Assembly: GCF_009914755.1 (NCBI RefSeq)
Contig: NC_060935.1
Source of the DNA: the human T2T-CHM13v2.0 reference genome, Homo sapiens
Reading direction: 5' to 3' (one strand)
DNA: 64,000 bases
The notes below the pieces were generated by a model. That model saw only the letters and a program-made list of their open reading frames with translations, was not told where the DNA came from and did no database searches. Numbering within the stretch: position 1 is the first letter of the stretch; each line of letters begins with the position of its first letter. The position numbers and the translations under genes are program-made. Positions 14,560-36,553 of this stretch are shown here, one piece after another.

Positions 14560-14990
14560 CCATTTTGGTCATTTGACGTGTACAGTTCAGTGGCATCAAA
14601 TAAGCACATTTACATTGTTATGTAACCATCACCACCATCCAGTTCTCATCTTCCCCAAATTGAAATTCCACATCCATTAAGCACTCACTCCTCATTCTCC
14701 CACCTCTCAGCCCCTGGCAGGCACCATTCTACTTTCTGTCTCTGAATTTGGCCTCTCCAAGGACCTCCTGTATATGGAATCATACAATATTTGTCCTTTG
14801 GTGACTGGCCTGTTTCCCTTAGCATGATGTCTTCAAAGTTCACTCACATTGTAGCATGTGTCAGAATTTCCTCCCTTTTCAAGGCTGAGTAATATTCCAT
14901 TGCATGGATAGACCACGTGTTGCTGATCCATTCATCCATCACGAGATCTTTGTGTTGTTTCTACCTTTTTCCTGATGTGAATAGAGCTAT
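14560..14990 (-). mobile_element. Old L1 3' fragment (L1MB-like)
   Basis: gcccctggca..caccattctactttctgtctctg...ggaatcatacaatatttgtcc...aaggctgagtaatattccattg, typical of an L1M 3' end. Confidence 0.7.
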
Positions 14991-15265
14991 GAACACAGGG
15001 TGTATAAAATGCAAGCTTTTGAGTCAAAGCCTTTCTCTGTCACTCTTACCTAGCTGTGACAAATATACAGGCCCCAGGGCTGTGTGGGGCATGTGGTAAC
15101 AGCAGCTATTGTAGGGACTCCTGGAGGGTCGAGGCTTGTGGCTTGGCCCCCTCTTGCCACAGCTTCTCTGGGTTGTGCATTGGCTGTTGAAATGGCAGCT
15201 CGAGACATATGTTCCCTCCAGAGTGGCTGGTGGCTGACTCCTTTCCCTGTGCTCTTGGTCAACAG

Positions 15266-15463
15266 TCAAAGATCACTGAGGACTTCCGGGCCCTGAGGAA
15301 GACGGCTGAGGACATGAACCTGTTCAAGACCAACCACGTGTTCTTCCTCCTCCTCCTGGCCCACATCATCGCCCTGGAGAGCATTGCATGGTTCACTGTC
15401 TTTTACTTTGGCAATGGCTGGATTCCTACCCTCATCACGGCCTTTGTCCTTGCTACCTCTCAG
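15266..15463 (+). CDS. FADS2: FADS2 exon 3 (198 nt; membrane segments)
   Basis: aacag|TCA AAG; SKITEDFRALRK...FVLATSQ; donor gtgagg. Confidence 0.98.
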
Positions 15464-15555
15464 GTGAGGCGTGACACCCTCACTTCCCCTAGCTGACAGA
15501 GGCCTGGTGCCTGTTTGCTGAGGCTGTGACAGCACGTGTGACCCTCTCTCCCCAG

Positions 15556-15657
15556 GCCCAAGCTGGATGGCTGCAACATGATTATGGCCACCTGTCTGTC
15601 TACAGAAAACCCAAGTGGAACCACCTTGTCCACAAATTCGTCATTGGCCACTTAAAG
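15556..15657 (+). CDS. FADS2: FADS2 exon 4 (102 nt; His box 1 HDYGH)
   Basis: cccag|GCC CAA; [34 protein letters not shown]; donor gtaagt. Confidence 0.98.
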
Positions 15658-15987
15658 GTAAGTGTCAGCAGCCCTGGGCATCTGTCCTGTTGGACAGCAG
15701 TTGAGACAGAGGGACCAGGATTCCTCTCTGCTCAGTGCTCTGAGGCTACAGGGTGACAAGGCAGGTGTGCCTATGCTGAGGGCCATGGTGACTCTCCATT
15801 CTGCTGACTTCCTGAGCCCTGTCTCTGGATCAGGTCCGAACCACAAAGCCATGGTGTACTACTCATTATGAAGACAGGCACACACCTTTCTTGTCTTTTG
15901 GCTCAGCGGATTGTATTTTTTGATGTTCCTTAGCTAAGGACTCATCTAACAAATCTGTTTTTGTTTGGGGACAGTAAAGTAGCAGTA

Positions 15988-16490
15988 TTTTTTTTTTTTT
16001 TTGAGACAGAGTCCTGCTCTTGTCACCCAAGCTGGAAGCAATGGTGTGATCTTGGGTCACTGCAACCTCCACCTCCGGGTTCAAGCAATTCTCCTGCCTC
16101 AGCCTCCCGAGTAGCTGGGATTACAGGCACTCGCCACCATGCCTGACTAATTTTTGTATTTTTAGTAGAGATGGGGTTTTGCTATGTTGGTCAGGCCGGT
16201 ATCAAACTTCTGACCTTGTGATCTACCTGCCTTGGCCTCCCAAAGTGCTGGGATTACAGGTGTGAGCCACCGCATCCGGCCTGTAGCATCTTTTTTGATG
16301 AGTTGGTATGCTTCCTTTCACTGGGGATGTGAGCTCTTTAATACGTTGTGCTGGGTGTGGTGGCATGCACCTGTAATCCCAGCCACCTGGGAGGCTGAGG
16401 CAGGAGAATTGCTTGAGCCCAGGAGTTCGAGACCAGCCTGGGCAACATAGTGAGACCCCCCCCCATCTCTCAAAAAAAAAAAAGAAAAAG
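15988..16490. mobile_element. Antisense Alu (15988-16281) and adjacent sense Alu monomer (~16349-16490)
   Basis: Alu consensus in opposite orientations, ~70 nt apart. Confidence 0.88.
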
Positions 16491-18079
16491 AAACACATTG
16501 TGCTCCTCTCTTCCCCTCAGAAGCCAAGAGGTACAAAGCAGCATTTGAAACAGCAACTATCTTTAGTCTGTGTTTTTGGTGCCCCCATTCTCTCCTTCCT
16601 CATCTGGCATTTATGCTTTTATCTTTATTTTAGCCTTCCGTTATATATGAGTCTTTTATCTCAAGCCACTTCAAATACTCTTTGGAAATAAGCGGGGTAC
16701 AAAAAGTAAAAGTCATCCTATAAGGCCTCAGATAGGGGACACCAAACTACGGAATGATCAGCTGGCCCAAAGGACAAAAGTCATTAGAAGTGCAGGAGTT
16801 AAGGAAGTTCCACTCTCACCTCCCCCTAGATAAGGAAGCAGACCACAGAGTCTCAGCATGTTTGTAGAAAGACAAGCTGGAATTGCCAACTGCCTTGTTC
16901 TGATCTGACAGGCGTTATCTCCTCAGTTTTGAAAATGAGTCTTTGCCAACTTGCTCTCTGAAATAGACTATCCCCATCCCAGCCTGACCCAACAGTACCT
17001 GCTTCCTGAGAAAAGCTGGGTCCTAAAGAATCCATCCCTCCACACCCTGGCAAGGGACGAGCTACATGTGGGGTGTAGCTTATCCCCTCTTCCACCCAGA
17101 CCGCAACGGGGCCCTTGGCTTGCCGGCTGCAGATCTCACTGGTGGCCAACCACCCCTGAGCTGGTCACCAGTTTCGCAGCGAGCAGCTTGCCTGGCCCTG
17201 AGCCTGAAGCGGCCTGAGAACCTGGTCTCTGTCCAGAATCTCAGGGGCAAAGGGAGAGGGTGCACATAGTGGAGTGCTTTGTTTCATTTTATACTCTTCT
17301 CTGTTGGATCAAACCCTCCTCAGTATGGCAAAGTAACATTTAACTCCTGACCCATGTTAGCCCCCACACACTTAACAAAGATGGGCTGTGTCCTGCTTCC
17401 AGATTCTGGGCAGGGGCCGGGCAGGGGGGATTGTTCCTGTCCAATTGCCCTCAGTCTTTGAGGGGCCCCAGAGCACGGCTGTTGCGTCAGGCGGGAGACG
17501 GGGCCAGGACAGAGGACTGGTCTCCATGTAGAACGTGGATGACAGCAAACAGGGTCCTTGGGCTTGGGGATGTGGGCTCCACTCATGGCCCACCAGCCCC
17601 CACTGGCTGTGTCCTTGGTGCTGTGTCACAGAGACAGGCCAAGGACATGGACATGTGGCTCACTCAGGGGTGCCCCAGAGCACGGAGGTCAAGCTTGCCT
17701 GAAATTGGCTCTAGCACTCGGCAGGTGCACAGCCATGGGGACAAATCTTGTAGGTCTGTGTCTCTTCCCATCACTGGGAAAAAGGGGACTGGCTACAGGG
17801 AGGTCCTCAAGGGCCTCGCCAACTCAGATGTCTTAGCACAGGCTGGAAAGACCTGTGAGTAGGTTACCAGGTGCTGTGAGAGGCTGGGACCCCCTTCTTC
17901 CTGTTGGCTGCACTGCTAATGGGATTTAATGGGAGTTCTTCACATCCTGACCTGTTTGCCTTCAGCCCGTGTCATGCCCAGTGGACATTTCTTCCAAAGT
18001 GTGATCTTTTACAAAGACGATTCTGAGGTTAAAACTCTTTCGTAGTTCAGCACTGTACTTAGGATGAAATGCAAACTTC

Positions 18080-18373
18080 AGCCAGGCACAGTGGCTCACG
18101 CCTATAACCTCAGCGCTTTGGGAGGTCAAGGCAGGAGGATTGCTTGAAGCCAAGAGTTTGAGACCAGCCTGGGCCACATAGCAAGACCCTGTCTCTACTA
18201 AAAATAAAAGAATTAGCCGGGGATGGTGGTGCATGCTTGTAGTCCCAGCTACTGGGGAGGCTGAGGCCGGAGGATGGCTTGAGCCTGGGATTTGAAGGCT
18301 GCGGTGAGCTGTGATGGTGCCACTACATTCCAGCATGGGTGACAGAGTGAGACACTGTCTCTAAATAAATAAA
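18080..18373 (+). mobile_element. AluJ-like element
   Basis: Alu consensus with J-type gaggattgcttgaagcc. Confidence 0.88.
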
Positions 18374-18458
18374 TGCAAGCTGAAAGGCCCAGTGCCATCT
18401 GGGCGCTGCATCTGGAAATGGACATCACCAGACTTTCTGCAGCCTCATCTCAGGCCAC

Positions 18459-20122
<1,664 letters not shown>

Positions 20123-20302
20123 TCAGGAAAGCACCCCTCACTCTGCCTGGCCAACTTCTCCAGCTGCGTGGACACTTAGCTTTCCTGGCCCCAGCTCAGT
20201 TTGGGTTTGGTGTGATGAGGCCAGACCCTCCCTCGCAGCTCCGTGAGGACAAGGGCTTTGTCTCTTGGTTCACCTCCCAGGCAGAGCACGGCAGCTGGCT
20301 TA

Positions 20303-22164
<1,862 letters not shown>

Positions 22165-22169
22165 AGTTT

Positions 22170-22700
22170 TCCCATTTAAAGTAGACAAATCAATGACTTT
22201 TGGTATATTCACAGATTTATGCAACCATCATCATAGTCGATTTTAGAGCATCTTCATGATGCTCAAAAGAAACCCCACGTTTCTTAGCCATCACATCCCA
22301 ACCCCCTCACTCCCTCCCCTACCCCAATCCTAGCCCTACACAACTGCTCAGCTTTCTGTCTCTATAGATTTCCCTATTCTGGGCGTTTCATGTCGGTGGA
22401 ATCATGTGATATGTGGTCTTTTGTGGCTCCTTCCTTCCCTTAGCATGTTCTCCAGGCTCATCCGTGTTGTAGCAAGGGTCAGTGATTCGTTCTGTTTTAC
22501 GGCACAGCCAAATGATATTCCACTGTGTGGATAATCTGCATTTCATTCACCCACTCATCTGTTGATGAACATTTGTGTTGCTTTTGCTCTTCTGGTTCTT
22601 TTGAAGAATGCTGCTGTGAACACTGCTCTATGAGTTGGTGTGTGGACATGTTTTCATTTCTCTTGGATATACGCTCAGGAGGGAGATTTCTGGGCCACAT
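22170..22700 (-). mobile_element. Old L1 3' fragment (L1M-type)
   Basis: gtggaatcatgtgatatgtggtcttttgtggct...tattccactgtgtggata...tcatctgttgatgaacatttg. Confidence 0.7.
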
Positions 22701-23089
22701 AGTAGGGACCACTTCTCACTGTCCCTGAAACCTCGGCTTTACCTTGCACAGCTCTGGTTCCACACCTGGTGACGGAGAGGCAGAGACTGGCTGCCACACC
22801 TGCTGGAGCGCTCACCGTGTGGTCCCTCAGCAGCACGCCTCATCTGCCACCATCGTCTTATGATCAGGGAAACTGAAGCCTAGAGAGATAAAGTGACTTC
22901 ACTCCATCTGGGGCTGGCGCATGCTCTGAGCTCAGTCATGGCAGGGCTGGATTCTGGCCTTGTGGGGGCCTGAAGTGCTATCCCCGAGGGTTGAAGGTTC
23001 CGGGAACTGCTCCTAAGAAGGGCCTGTTACAAGCGAGCTCGGTTCCCTGGTGGCTTGCATGGCTCATCCCCACCCCTCTCTCCCCACAG

Positions 23090-23215
23090 GGTGCCTCTGC
23101 CAACTGGTGGAATCATCGCCACTTCCAGCACCACGCCAAGCCTAACATCTTCCACAAGGATCCCGATGTGAACATGCTGCACGTGTTTGTTCTGGGCGAA
23201 TGGCAGCCCATCGAG
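23090..23215 (+). CDS. FADS2: FADS2 exon 5 (126 nt; His box 2 HFQHH)
   Basis: cacag|GGT GCC; [42 protein letters not shown]; donor gtacga. Confidence 0.98.
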
Positions 23216-23388
23216 GTACGACTAAGAGGATGGTGTTGACCTAGGAAGTGTTTGTCCTGGGCGAATGGCAGACCATCGAGGTACAACTAAGGAGATGGTG
23301 TTGACCTAGGAAGTGTTTGGCCTGGGCGAATGGCAGCCATCGAGGTACGACTAAGGGGTTGGTGTTGACCTAGGAAGTGTTTGGCCTG
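23183..23388 (+). repeat. ~65-bp tandem repeat, 3.2 copies, spanning the FADS2 exon 5/intron 5 boundary
   Basis: Units start at 23183, 23248, 23313 and 23377 (gtgtttg..ctgggcgaatggcag..catcgaggtac.actaag....tggtgttgacctaggaa). Confidence 0.95.
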
Positions 23389-23687
23389 AGCAGGGAGCAG
23401 GGAAGGAAGCCTAGAGAGCTGACATTCAGCCAGGCAGGTCCACATCTCCTGCTACACAGATACCTCTCCTAGGTACCCTGAATTGTTCTGGCTGGAATGT
23501 ATGTGGAATGGCCTCACCTGTAAATACAGACACAGCTCCTCATTAGAATGGTAGATGTCTCCCTCCTACCCTTAGGCCAGGAAGGGCATTTTCTGGCTTG
23601 TTTTTTCCCAGGGTAGAGGGAAATCTTGTTCCAGTTCAGCAGGAAGGCAAGATTTCAGGGGCTCAAGCTTGGTCGCCAACCGACTAG

Positions 23688-25480
<1,793 letters not shown>

Positions 25481-27184
25481 ATAATTTCTTTTGAATAAAA
25501 GCCCCACCAATGCGTTCCACAAAAAAATGTTCTTATTTAATACATTCTTTTTTTTTATGTAGAGCCTCTATGTCGGGACCTAATTTAGAAGAAAAAAATA
25601 AATATATGCGCTGCTTTTTGGAAATACATTAATGATTAAAATGAAAGTTTAGAAGATCCTTGTTGCTTTTATGCAGATCTTAGGAGCCACAAAGCCATGC
25701 ATAGAGTAGGGTTCAATCAGCATCTGCCAAGTGAGGCCAATTTTCCCTCACTAAGGAGTGGCACCGTGAGTGAAGTAGTATTCCCGACAGCCTTGGCGCC
25801 TAAGGCTTGGAACAAGGCGAGGAGACAGCCTGGCTCCCCAGTTCTGGTTTGTACACCCTCTTCTTATTTCATTTCCACCCGTGAGACTATCTGAGCAGGA
25901 ACGTGGATTTTTCTGTAACATGGCCAATTCGCAGGAAATCAGCCACAGTTCTGTACTTTGGAAGCCTCTCTAAGCTGCCAGGGATTCCATTTTCTGCCAA
26001 AGTACAGGCTATTGTTATTCTTCTAGGAAACAGTTTGCCAGCTTTAATTAGAGGTGTCTAGAAAACAGAACTGATGAACTTGAGGCCCTCTGATAAGTGG
26101 GGACAAAGGCTTCATTTTCTCGGCGAGGCTTTGTAATGTAGAGCCGTTGGCTGTCCTGACAGATGTTCTCTGTGTCTCCAACAAAGAAAGTCTAGTCCCA
26201 CCAGCTGCACTGGCAAGAAGGCGTCTTTCTTGTGCGTGGTGGCCAGAGAAGCCTCTCCTTTCCCGACATCTTCTCACCCCCGACACTTCTGGAACGCTGG
26301 CTTTGGGGCAGGAGATAGGGGTGGGAGGCTGTGAGGATCTGGTTGTTCAGTTACCAGCGGCGTTTGGAAGTCCCCAGCCAGTGCCGCGGTGTTCTGTGGA
26401 AATCCCCGCTCTCACACTCATGGGGAAAGGATTGGTGCTTCCTGGGTTCCTGGTGTTTTGACCTGTGCTCTGGCTCTCGCAGGACCCGGCCGCCCTGGAA
26501 GGAACCCTGGTCTCTTGACTGAAGTGACAGTGGGTCTGATGGGACTTGTCACATGCCAGTCCCACACACCACAGCAGGGCCAGGTGGGGCGGCCAGGTCC
26601 CAGGGCCTCAAGCCACCATCCCAGTCTCCAGAGCAAGGATGCCGGCCAGGGCTTCTATCTCTGGGGACAGATAAGCAAAGCAGCCCTGCCAAGCGGCTCC
26701 CAGCACGTGGAACTGTGAATAGCGCGGGCTCCGCAGTAAAGCCCTTTTCCTCGTTTTCTGCATTTTGGTCTTATTGATGCTGTCCAGGAGGATTCTTTTT
26801 GTCATATGTAGCAAAGTATATTCACTTTACCCAGAGATTCATTTCTTGTGTGCTTAGAAAGTTCTTCATACATATTATTTTCAGTTCTTTAAGGTTTTGT
26901 GTTTCAATCTTTAACTTCTGCCAAATGGGATATGGGTAGGATGATGTTCGGCCTTCACTTTTCTCCAGAGTCGGCCAGTTTTCCCGGCACCCCCATGAGG
27001 TGGCATTGCTTCTTCATATGAGGCAGTGAGTGCTCCTGAGCCCGGGCTTGGCCTGGGCTGGGCTGTCTGTCCTCTCCCAGGCCACCGTCTGGATGACTTG
27101 GGGGCCACACTCACACTCATTCATCCTTGGCACTTAACTCATTGGAAGCTCGTAGTGGGGTGCCTTTCCCCTTCTCTTTCTCTC

Positions 27185-28609
<1,425 letters not shown>

Positions 28610-31600
28610 TCATGAACAGGCTTAAGCCACCCATCCCGCCTTGGGACACACATGCCGCCCTCTCGGGGACCTTGGACTGGGACCTTGCCATTCTGCTCCT
28701 GCTGGGGAGGTCGTGCCGCCTGTTTCTCTCTGTGTGTGAGTTTGCAGGTTCCCAGAGGCAGAGACTGGGCTTTGCGACAGCTCCCCTCCCCCAACCCTCG
28801 ATGGACAAGGAGGGCCCTTGTCATTCCTCAGACATTTTGTTCCAAAGCTGAAAGGTCCCCTCCACATGGCCCGGCATCCCCCAGGCCCTCATCCAAGCCT
28901 GGCCTTGAGGTGCATGGAGAGGCCGAGGACAGGAGAGTCAGCCCCGCCGCCAGGGCTGGCTGCACTCCCTCCCTTGCCCCTGGCCTGCGTCTCTGCCTGT
29001 CAACCGCAGCCTGGGAAGGCACTGTTGCTGATCAGGGGGAGGTCCATGTGTGCCACCCACACCCTTGGCCGCAGCCCAGCCAGGTGAAAGTCATGTGTCT
29101 TCCTTGCCTCTTGGGCTTTCTCTGTGTGTGTGACGGGGACTCCTCTGGAGGAGGAGATGTGTGGGGTCCTCCACTCCCCACACTTGGGGCTCTGAGCCCC
29201 CAGTTGGGAAGAAGCCTGACTCTTGTTGAGTGAGTCTGTGGACCGGGCACTGTGATGGGCAGTGTGCGTGCACAACGTCACTTAATCCTTGCTTAACCCG
29301 TGAGGCGGGAGCTGTCATCGACCCATTTCATGGATGGAACAGCTAAGGCCAAGAGACATGAAGTGACTTGTTCAAGGTAACAGCAAGGAAAAGGCAACAC
29401 CACTGTCCGAACCCAAACCATCTGGCTGCAAACCACAGCTTCGGAGTCCTGGGGGCCCTTGTGAAATATGTTTGTTGGGTAGCCCCAGCTTTCTGATCAA
29501 TTAAACAGCCAGGCACTCACCCCCCTAGCTTGCTACATTCTAAAATACCTCTCCCTCCCTTCCCTGGTCCCATGACTTAAACGGCAAAGCTCTGGCAAAG
29601 AACTGAGCGTGGGAAAGATGAGAGCAGAGAGTTAGCCACAGGGCAGGGCTTCGTATCCCAAACCCACAGTTGTACTTTCTGGTTTGGGAGGGGAGTATTG
29701 GCCATCCCCCAGCAGAGCCGCTGCAGCTGAGGCCATCGAGATGGGCACAGATGTGTAGTGGTATGTCACCATACGCATGTACATACACGTGCGTGACTGT
29801 GATGAGCATTTTGCTCACCGTCCCACAGAGGCCCACTCTGAGGCCTGCTGCTGCCTGGCAAGCAGGACCCCCTGGCTCCCGAGGGTCATTCTGGGGCATT
29901 GAAGGGACGCACACTAAAGCCAGCAGTGCTTACCAGCAGAGGCAGCCCCTGTAACCTGTGTTGTCCACCCACAGGCCACCATCACCCATGAGAACAGGGT
30001 GCCTACTGTGCACATGCAGCTCCAAACAGACTCCCCAGGTGCCTCCCAGGCCCCCACAACAGCGTGGCCAGCCCTCAGTCCCTCCATAGGATGCCCTGGC
30101 CCCTGCTGACCTGCCTGGGTTGCCCTCTGTGCTCACTTCCGAGTACAGCCGGCCCAGCCCGAGAGGGATGGGATGCTCTGTGGGACAGAGATGCGGTGGG
30201 GAGGAGCTCTTGAGCAGAGCTGGAGACACTGCATGCCAAGGCTGGGGCTATGAGCCTGCTCCCTGGCCTCTGGGAGAAGCTTAGAGCAGGACTCAGGGGC
30301 CTGTTCTGTGGGCCACTGCAGGCCCCGAGACTGGCCACCTCGAGAGCAACGTCTGCAGTGCTGGCTCCTCCAGCACCTCCGTCCACTGGAGACTCATGAA
30401 AGGCTCCTGTGAGGCCTCCCTGGCTCGGACCTCTCCATGGCCGGCCTCAGCCCTGGCCTTAATAATAGTCTTCCTGCAAGTGGCCGTCCTTTCTGGGAAT
30501 GAGTGAGATCCTTGCCAAGGCTCAGGAGGCCACACAGAACAAAGGGACTGTTTCTGGGGGTTCTTCAGCTGGTTGTGCCGTGACCATGGCCATTGGCGCC
30601 AAGATGCAAGCCTTGGGGACAGGGTGGACCTGGTTCCCACCCACAGCCTCTTCCCTCAGGAATCCATGCTCTCCCTGTGATTTGGACAATCATTTTACTC
30701 ACCTGGATGAGAGGGGCACTGGCCTAGGCATCATCCAAGGTCCCTTCCCTCTGTAACTCACTTTGACCTCCTGACTGCAATAAGTATGACTGGACACTAT
30801 AGGAGGAGGCATCTCTGGCCTTCGGATCCAGGGGTATAGGGAGGGTGACGGGCAGTGTCCTGGGGTCAGCACTTGGCATTATGCCCATGTTCTCATTGGC
30901 TCCTCTTACCAACCACTGATTCAAATGCCAGACAAGGCTCAGCAAGGCTAAGCGACTCACATAGTCTCAGCACTGGTGAGAGGCAGAGTCGGCTCAAGCG
31001 CATCTGCTGGCTGCAAGCCCAGCCTCCCCACACTGCAAGGGAGAGGAGCAGGTGTCACTCAGTGAGCGGCATCTTTTGGTCTCAGTCCTGGAAGTGCAGG
31101 GTGGGCTGGTCCCTAGGGGCTGGACCATGGAATTAAGGGCTCCAGGGATCCCCTGGGGCCGTGGTTCCTATGCCTGGCATTGGACAATGACGATGCCCAG
31201 GACCCAGCCCAGCCCTCCTCCATTAGAGCCTCTGGGCATCAGGCTGCCCAAGGTGCAGGCTCTGATGGGGAAGAAACCGGTGCCGTCATGGGGACCTCAG
31301 GTAGCCAGATGTGGCCTGAGGAGTCTGTGCTGTGGCCTCCTCTGTCCTCAAGGTTAGGCTCCAGCTGGGGAGGAGTGATTCACTCTTGTAAATTACAGGG
31401 AGGCTCCAGGGAGGCAGATGCTCCCAGCCTGATGACTGGCAGCAATTCTGGGGCCCTTACCTAGGTTCTCCCTGCCACTGCGGGCTCCGGGAGCTCTCCA
31501 TGGTGACCTAGGAACTCCCCTGGGTGCTTATGCTCCGCCGAGAGTTGCTCTGTTGCACATTCATTCAACAAACATTTGTTTAGTGCCTGTCACATGGGCT

Positions 31601-31953
31601 CAGAGTCAGCTTTTTGGGTTCTGATCCCAGTCAGGGCCACTTCCTGTGGCCCTGGGCCATGGCTTAACGCTGAGCCTCAGCCTCAGAAGTGCCGGCCTTG
31701 TAGAGGATCGATGCCATCGGGCCAGTGCTCGGCTAGGGCTGAGGAAGCGTTGGCCGCTGCTGGCTGTAGCATGGGGAGCCCAGAGGGCTGGAGGGGCCCC
31801 AGGCTTGGTGGGCCCAGGGTGCAGATTGACAGGAAAGGGACAGTGGTGTGCCCTGAGCAGATAGAAGGGATGGTGGCTGCAGGATGGGTTGGGGAACATG
31901 GGAGGCTGGGAGCTGAGGCTACTGGGTGCTCATGATCTCTCCTCTCTCCTCAG

Positions 31954-32014
31954 TACGGCAAGAAGAAGCTGAAATACCTGCCCTACAATCACCAGCACGA
32001 ATACTTCTTCCTGA
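31954..32014 (+). CDS. FADS2: FADS2 exon 6 (61 nt)
   Basis: ctcag|TAC GGC; YGKKKLKYLPYNHQHEYFFL; donor gtgagt. Confidence 0.97.
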
Positions 32015-32396
32015 GTGAGTGCTCGGCGCCCCGAAATCACTCTGGGACCCTCCCCTCCCCCCAGAGTGGCGTGTCTCTCCCTCCTACCTGACATCTTTTT
32101 CAGATCCAGAAAGTGACACTAAACTTGTTAGAAGCGGGGGCCACAGCAGCCTTGCTGTGCAGACCCCTCAGCCTGCGTTACAGGCCTGATGGGGACACAG
32201 AGGCTCAGAGAGTCCCAGGGGTGACACACGTCCTCAAGGGCTCCCAGCCTTCTCTGCAGGCCCCGGGGTCCCTGGCTGCTTCTGCCCACGTCTGCAGGGC
32301 TGGCCCCTGCACTCAGTGCTGGGCCTGGGTTCCCCTGACCTTCCGGCACAGGCAGCGTGGAATGGATGCCTCTAAGCGCCTGTCTCTCTCCTGCAG

Positions 32397-32473
32397 TTGG
32401 GCCGCCGCTGCTCATCCCCATGTATTTCCAGTACCAGATCATCATGACCATGATCGTCCATAAGAACTGGGTG
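32397..32473 (+). CDS. FADS2: FADS2 exon 7 (77 nt)
   Basis: tgcag|TT GGG CCG; (I)GPPLLIPMYFQYQIIMTMIVHKNWV; donor gtgagt. Confidence 0.97.
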
Positions 32474-32869
32474 GTGAGTTGGGGACACAGCTGGCTTGGC
32501 ATGGGGAGGAGGGTGACTGGGACAGGGGGACCCGGGGGTCCTACGCTGCCTCCTCGTGTGCCCCAGTGGAGCCTGTGGGGCCCCAGGCATCTCCTCCCTG
32601 GGGTAGCTGCCTCTCAGGAAAGGACTCCCTCTGGGGCCACCAGGACCTAGTCCTAAAGATCTCTACTCTCCCTCAGACATAGGGAGTCCACTGGGGCAGC
32701 CCCTGCTTTTGCAGAGCCCCCGAGAAAGTTCTCAAAGGCAGCAGGATGAGAGGCAAGTGTGGCCATCTCCCTTCCCCGCTCCCTGTGGGCCCTGAGTCCC
32801 ATGAACTGGGTTGCCCCACACCCTGGTTTGAAGTTGGAGCAGCTGGGCGTTGGCTGAGATGACAGGTGT

Positions 32870-34876
<2,007 letters not shown>

Positions 34877-35039
34877 AACTTCTTTTTTTTGTTTGTTTTT
34901 GACTGTGCTTGTTCCCTAAGGAACAAAGTATTAAACAGGAAAAGAAATCACCCTATGTTCCTAAAAGGGGATGGCAGAGTGGGGACAATGTGATGAGCCC
35001 ATGGGGCTTTCAGAGCCAGGAGCGCACCTATGACCTGGG

Positions 35040-35247
35040 GCACTGGTTCTCAGGGGAGCTGTTCTGCCCTTTGGCAGTATCCGGAGACACTTTTAATTGT
35101 CACAACTTCAGGAGAGGAGGGTGCTACTGGCATCTGGTGGGCGTCTAGCCAGGATGGTGCTTAGCACCCTGCCATGCCCTGGAGAACCGCCCATGACAAC
35201 AAGCAGCCTGTCCCAGGTGCCAATAGTGTGGAGGTTGGGGGACCCTG
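35040..35247. mobile_element. MER20-like hAT DNA transposon
   Basis: ggagacacttttaattgtcacaac...gtgctactgggcatctggtggg...gccaggatggtgct...gccaatagtgtggaggttg. Confidence 0.75.
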
Positions 35248-35578
35248 GCTTAGAGGAAAGAGGTGACAAACCCTAAGATCTCTGAAGGAGGCTTCCCGGG
35301 GAGGTTTACATGCTCTGGCAAGGTTCCCTGTTCCCGGGGCCACGTCCTGGATCCTGAGATGCTCCCACGCTTCACCCTCCTGGAATTTTGCTGTATCTGA
35401 CACCACTGGCCACTCCCTCTTGCAGTTCTTCCTGTTGGCTTCCAGGTCCCCACCTCTGCTGGCTTCTTCCCAACCCCCTCGCTCCGCCTCTTTGGCTGCT
35501 TCTGATCTCTTGGGCTCTCTGCCCCTGAAACCAGCGATCTCTGTGTATGTGTTGCTCTCTACACTCAAAAGAAGTCCA

Positions 35579-36553
<975 letters not shown>

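Noticed and set aside
23183-23388. Regularly spaced repeat resembling a CRISPR array
   Set aside because: Head-to-tail units with no unique spacers, no cas genes, eukaryotic context
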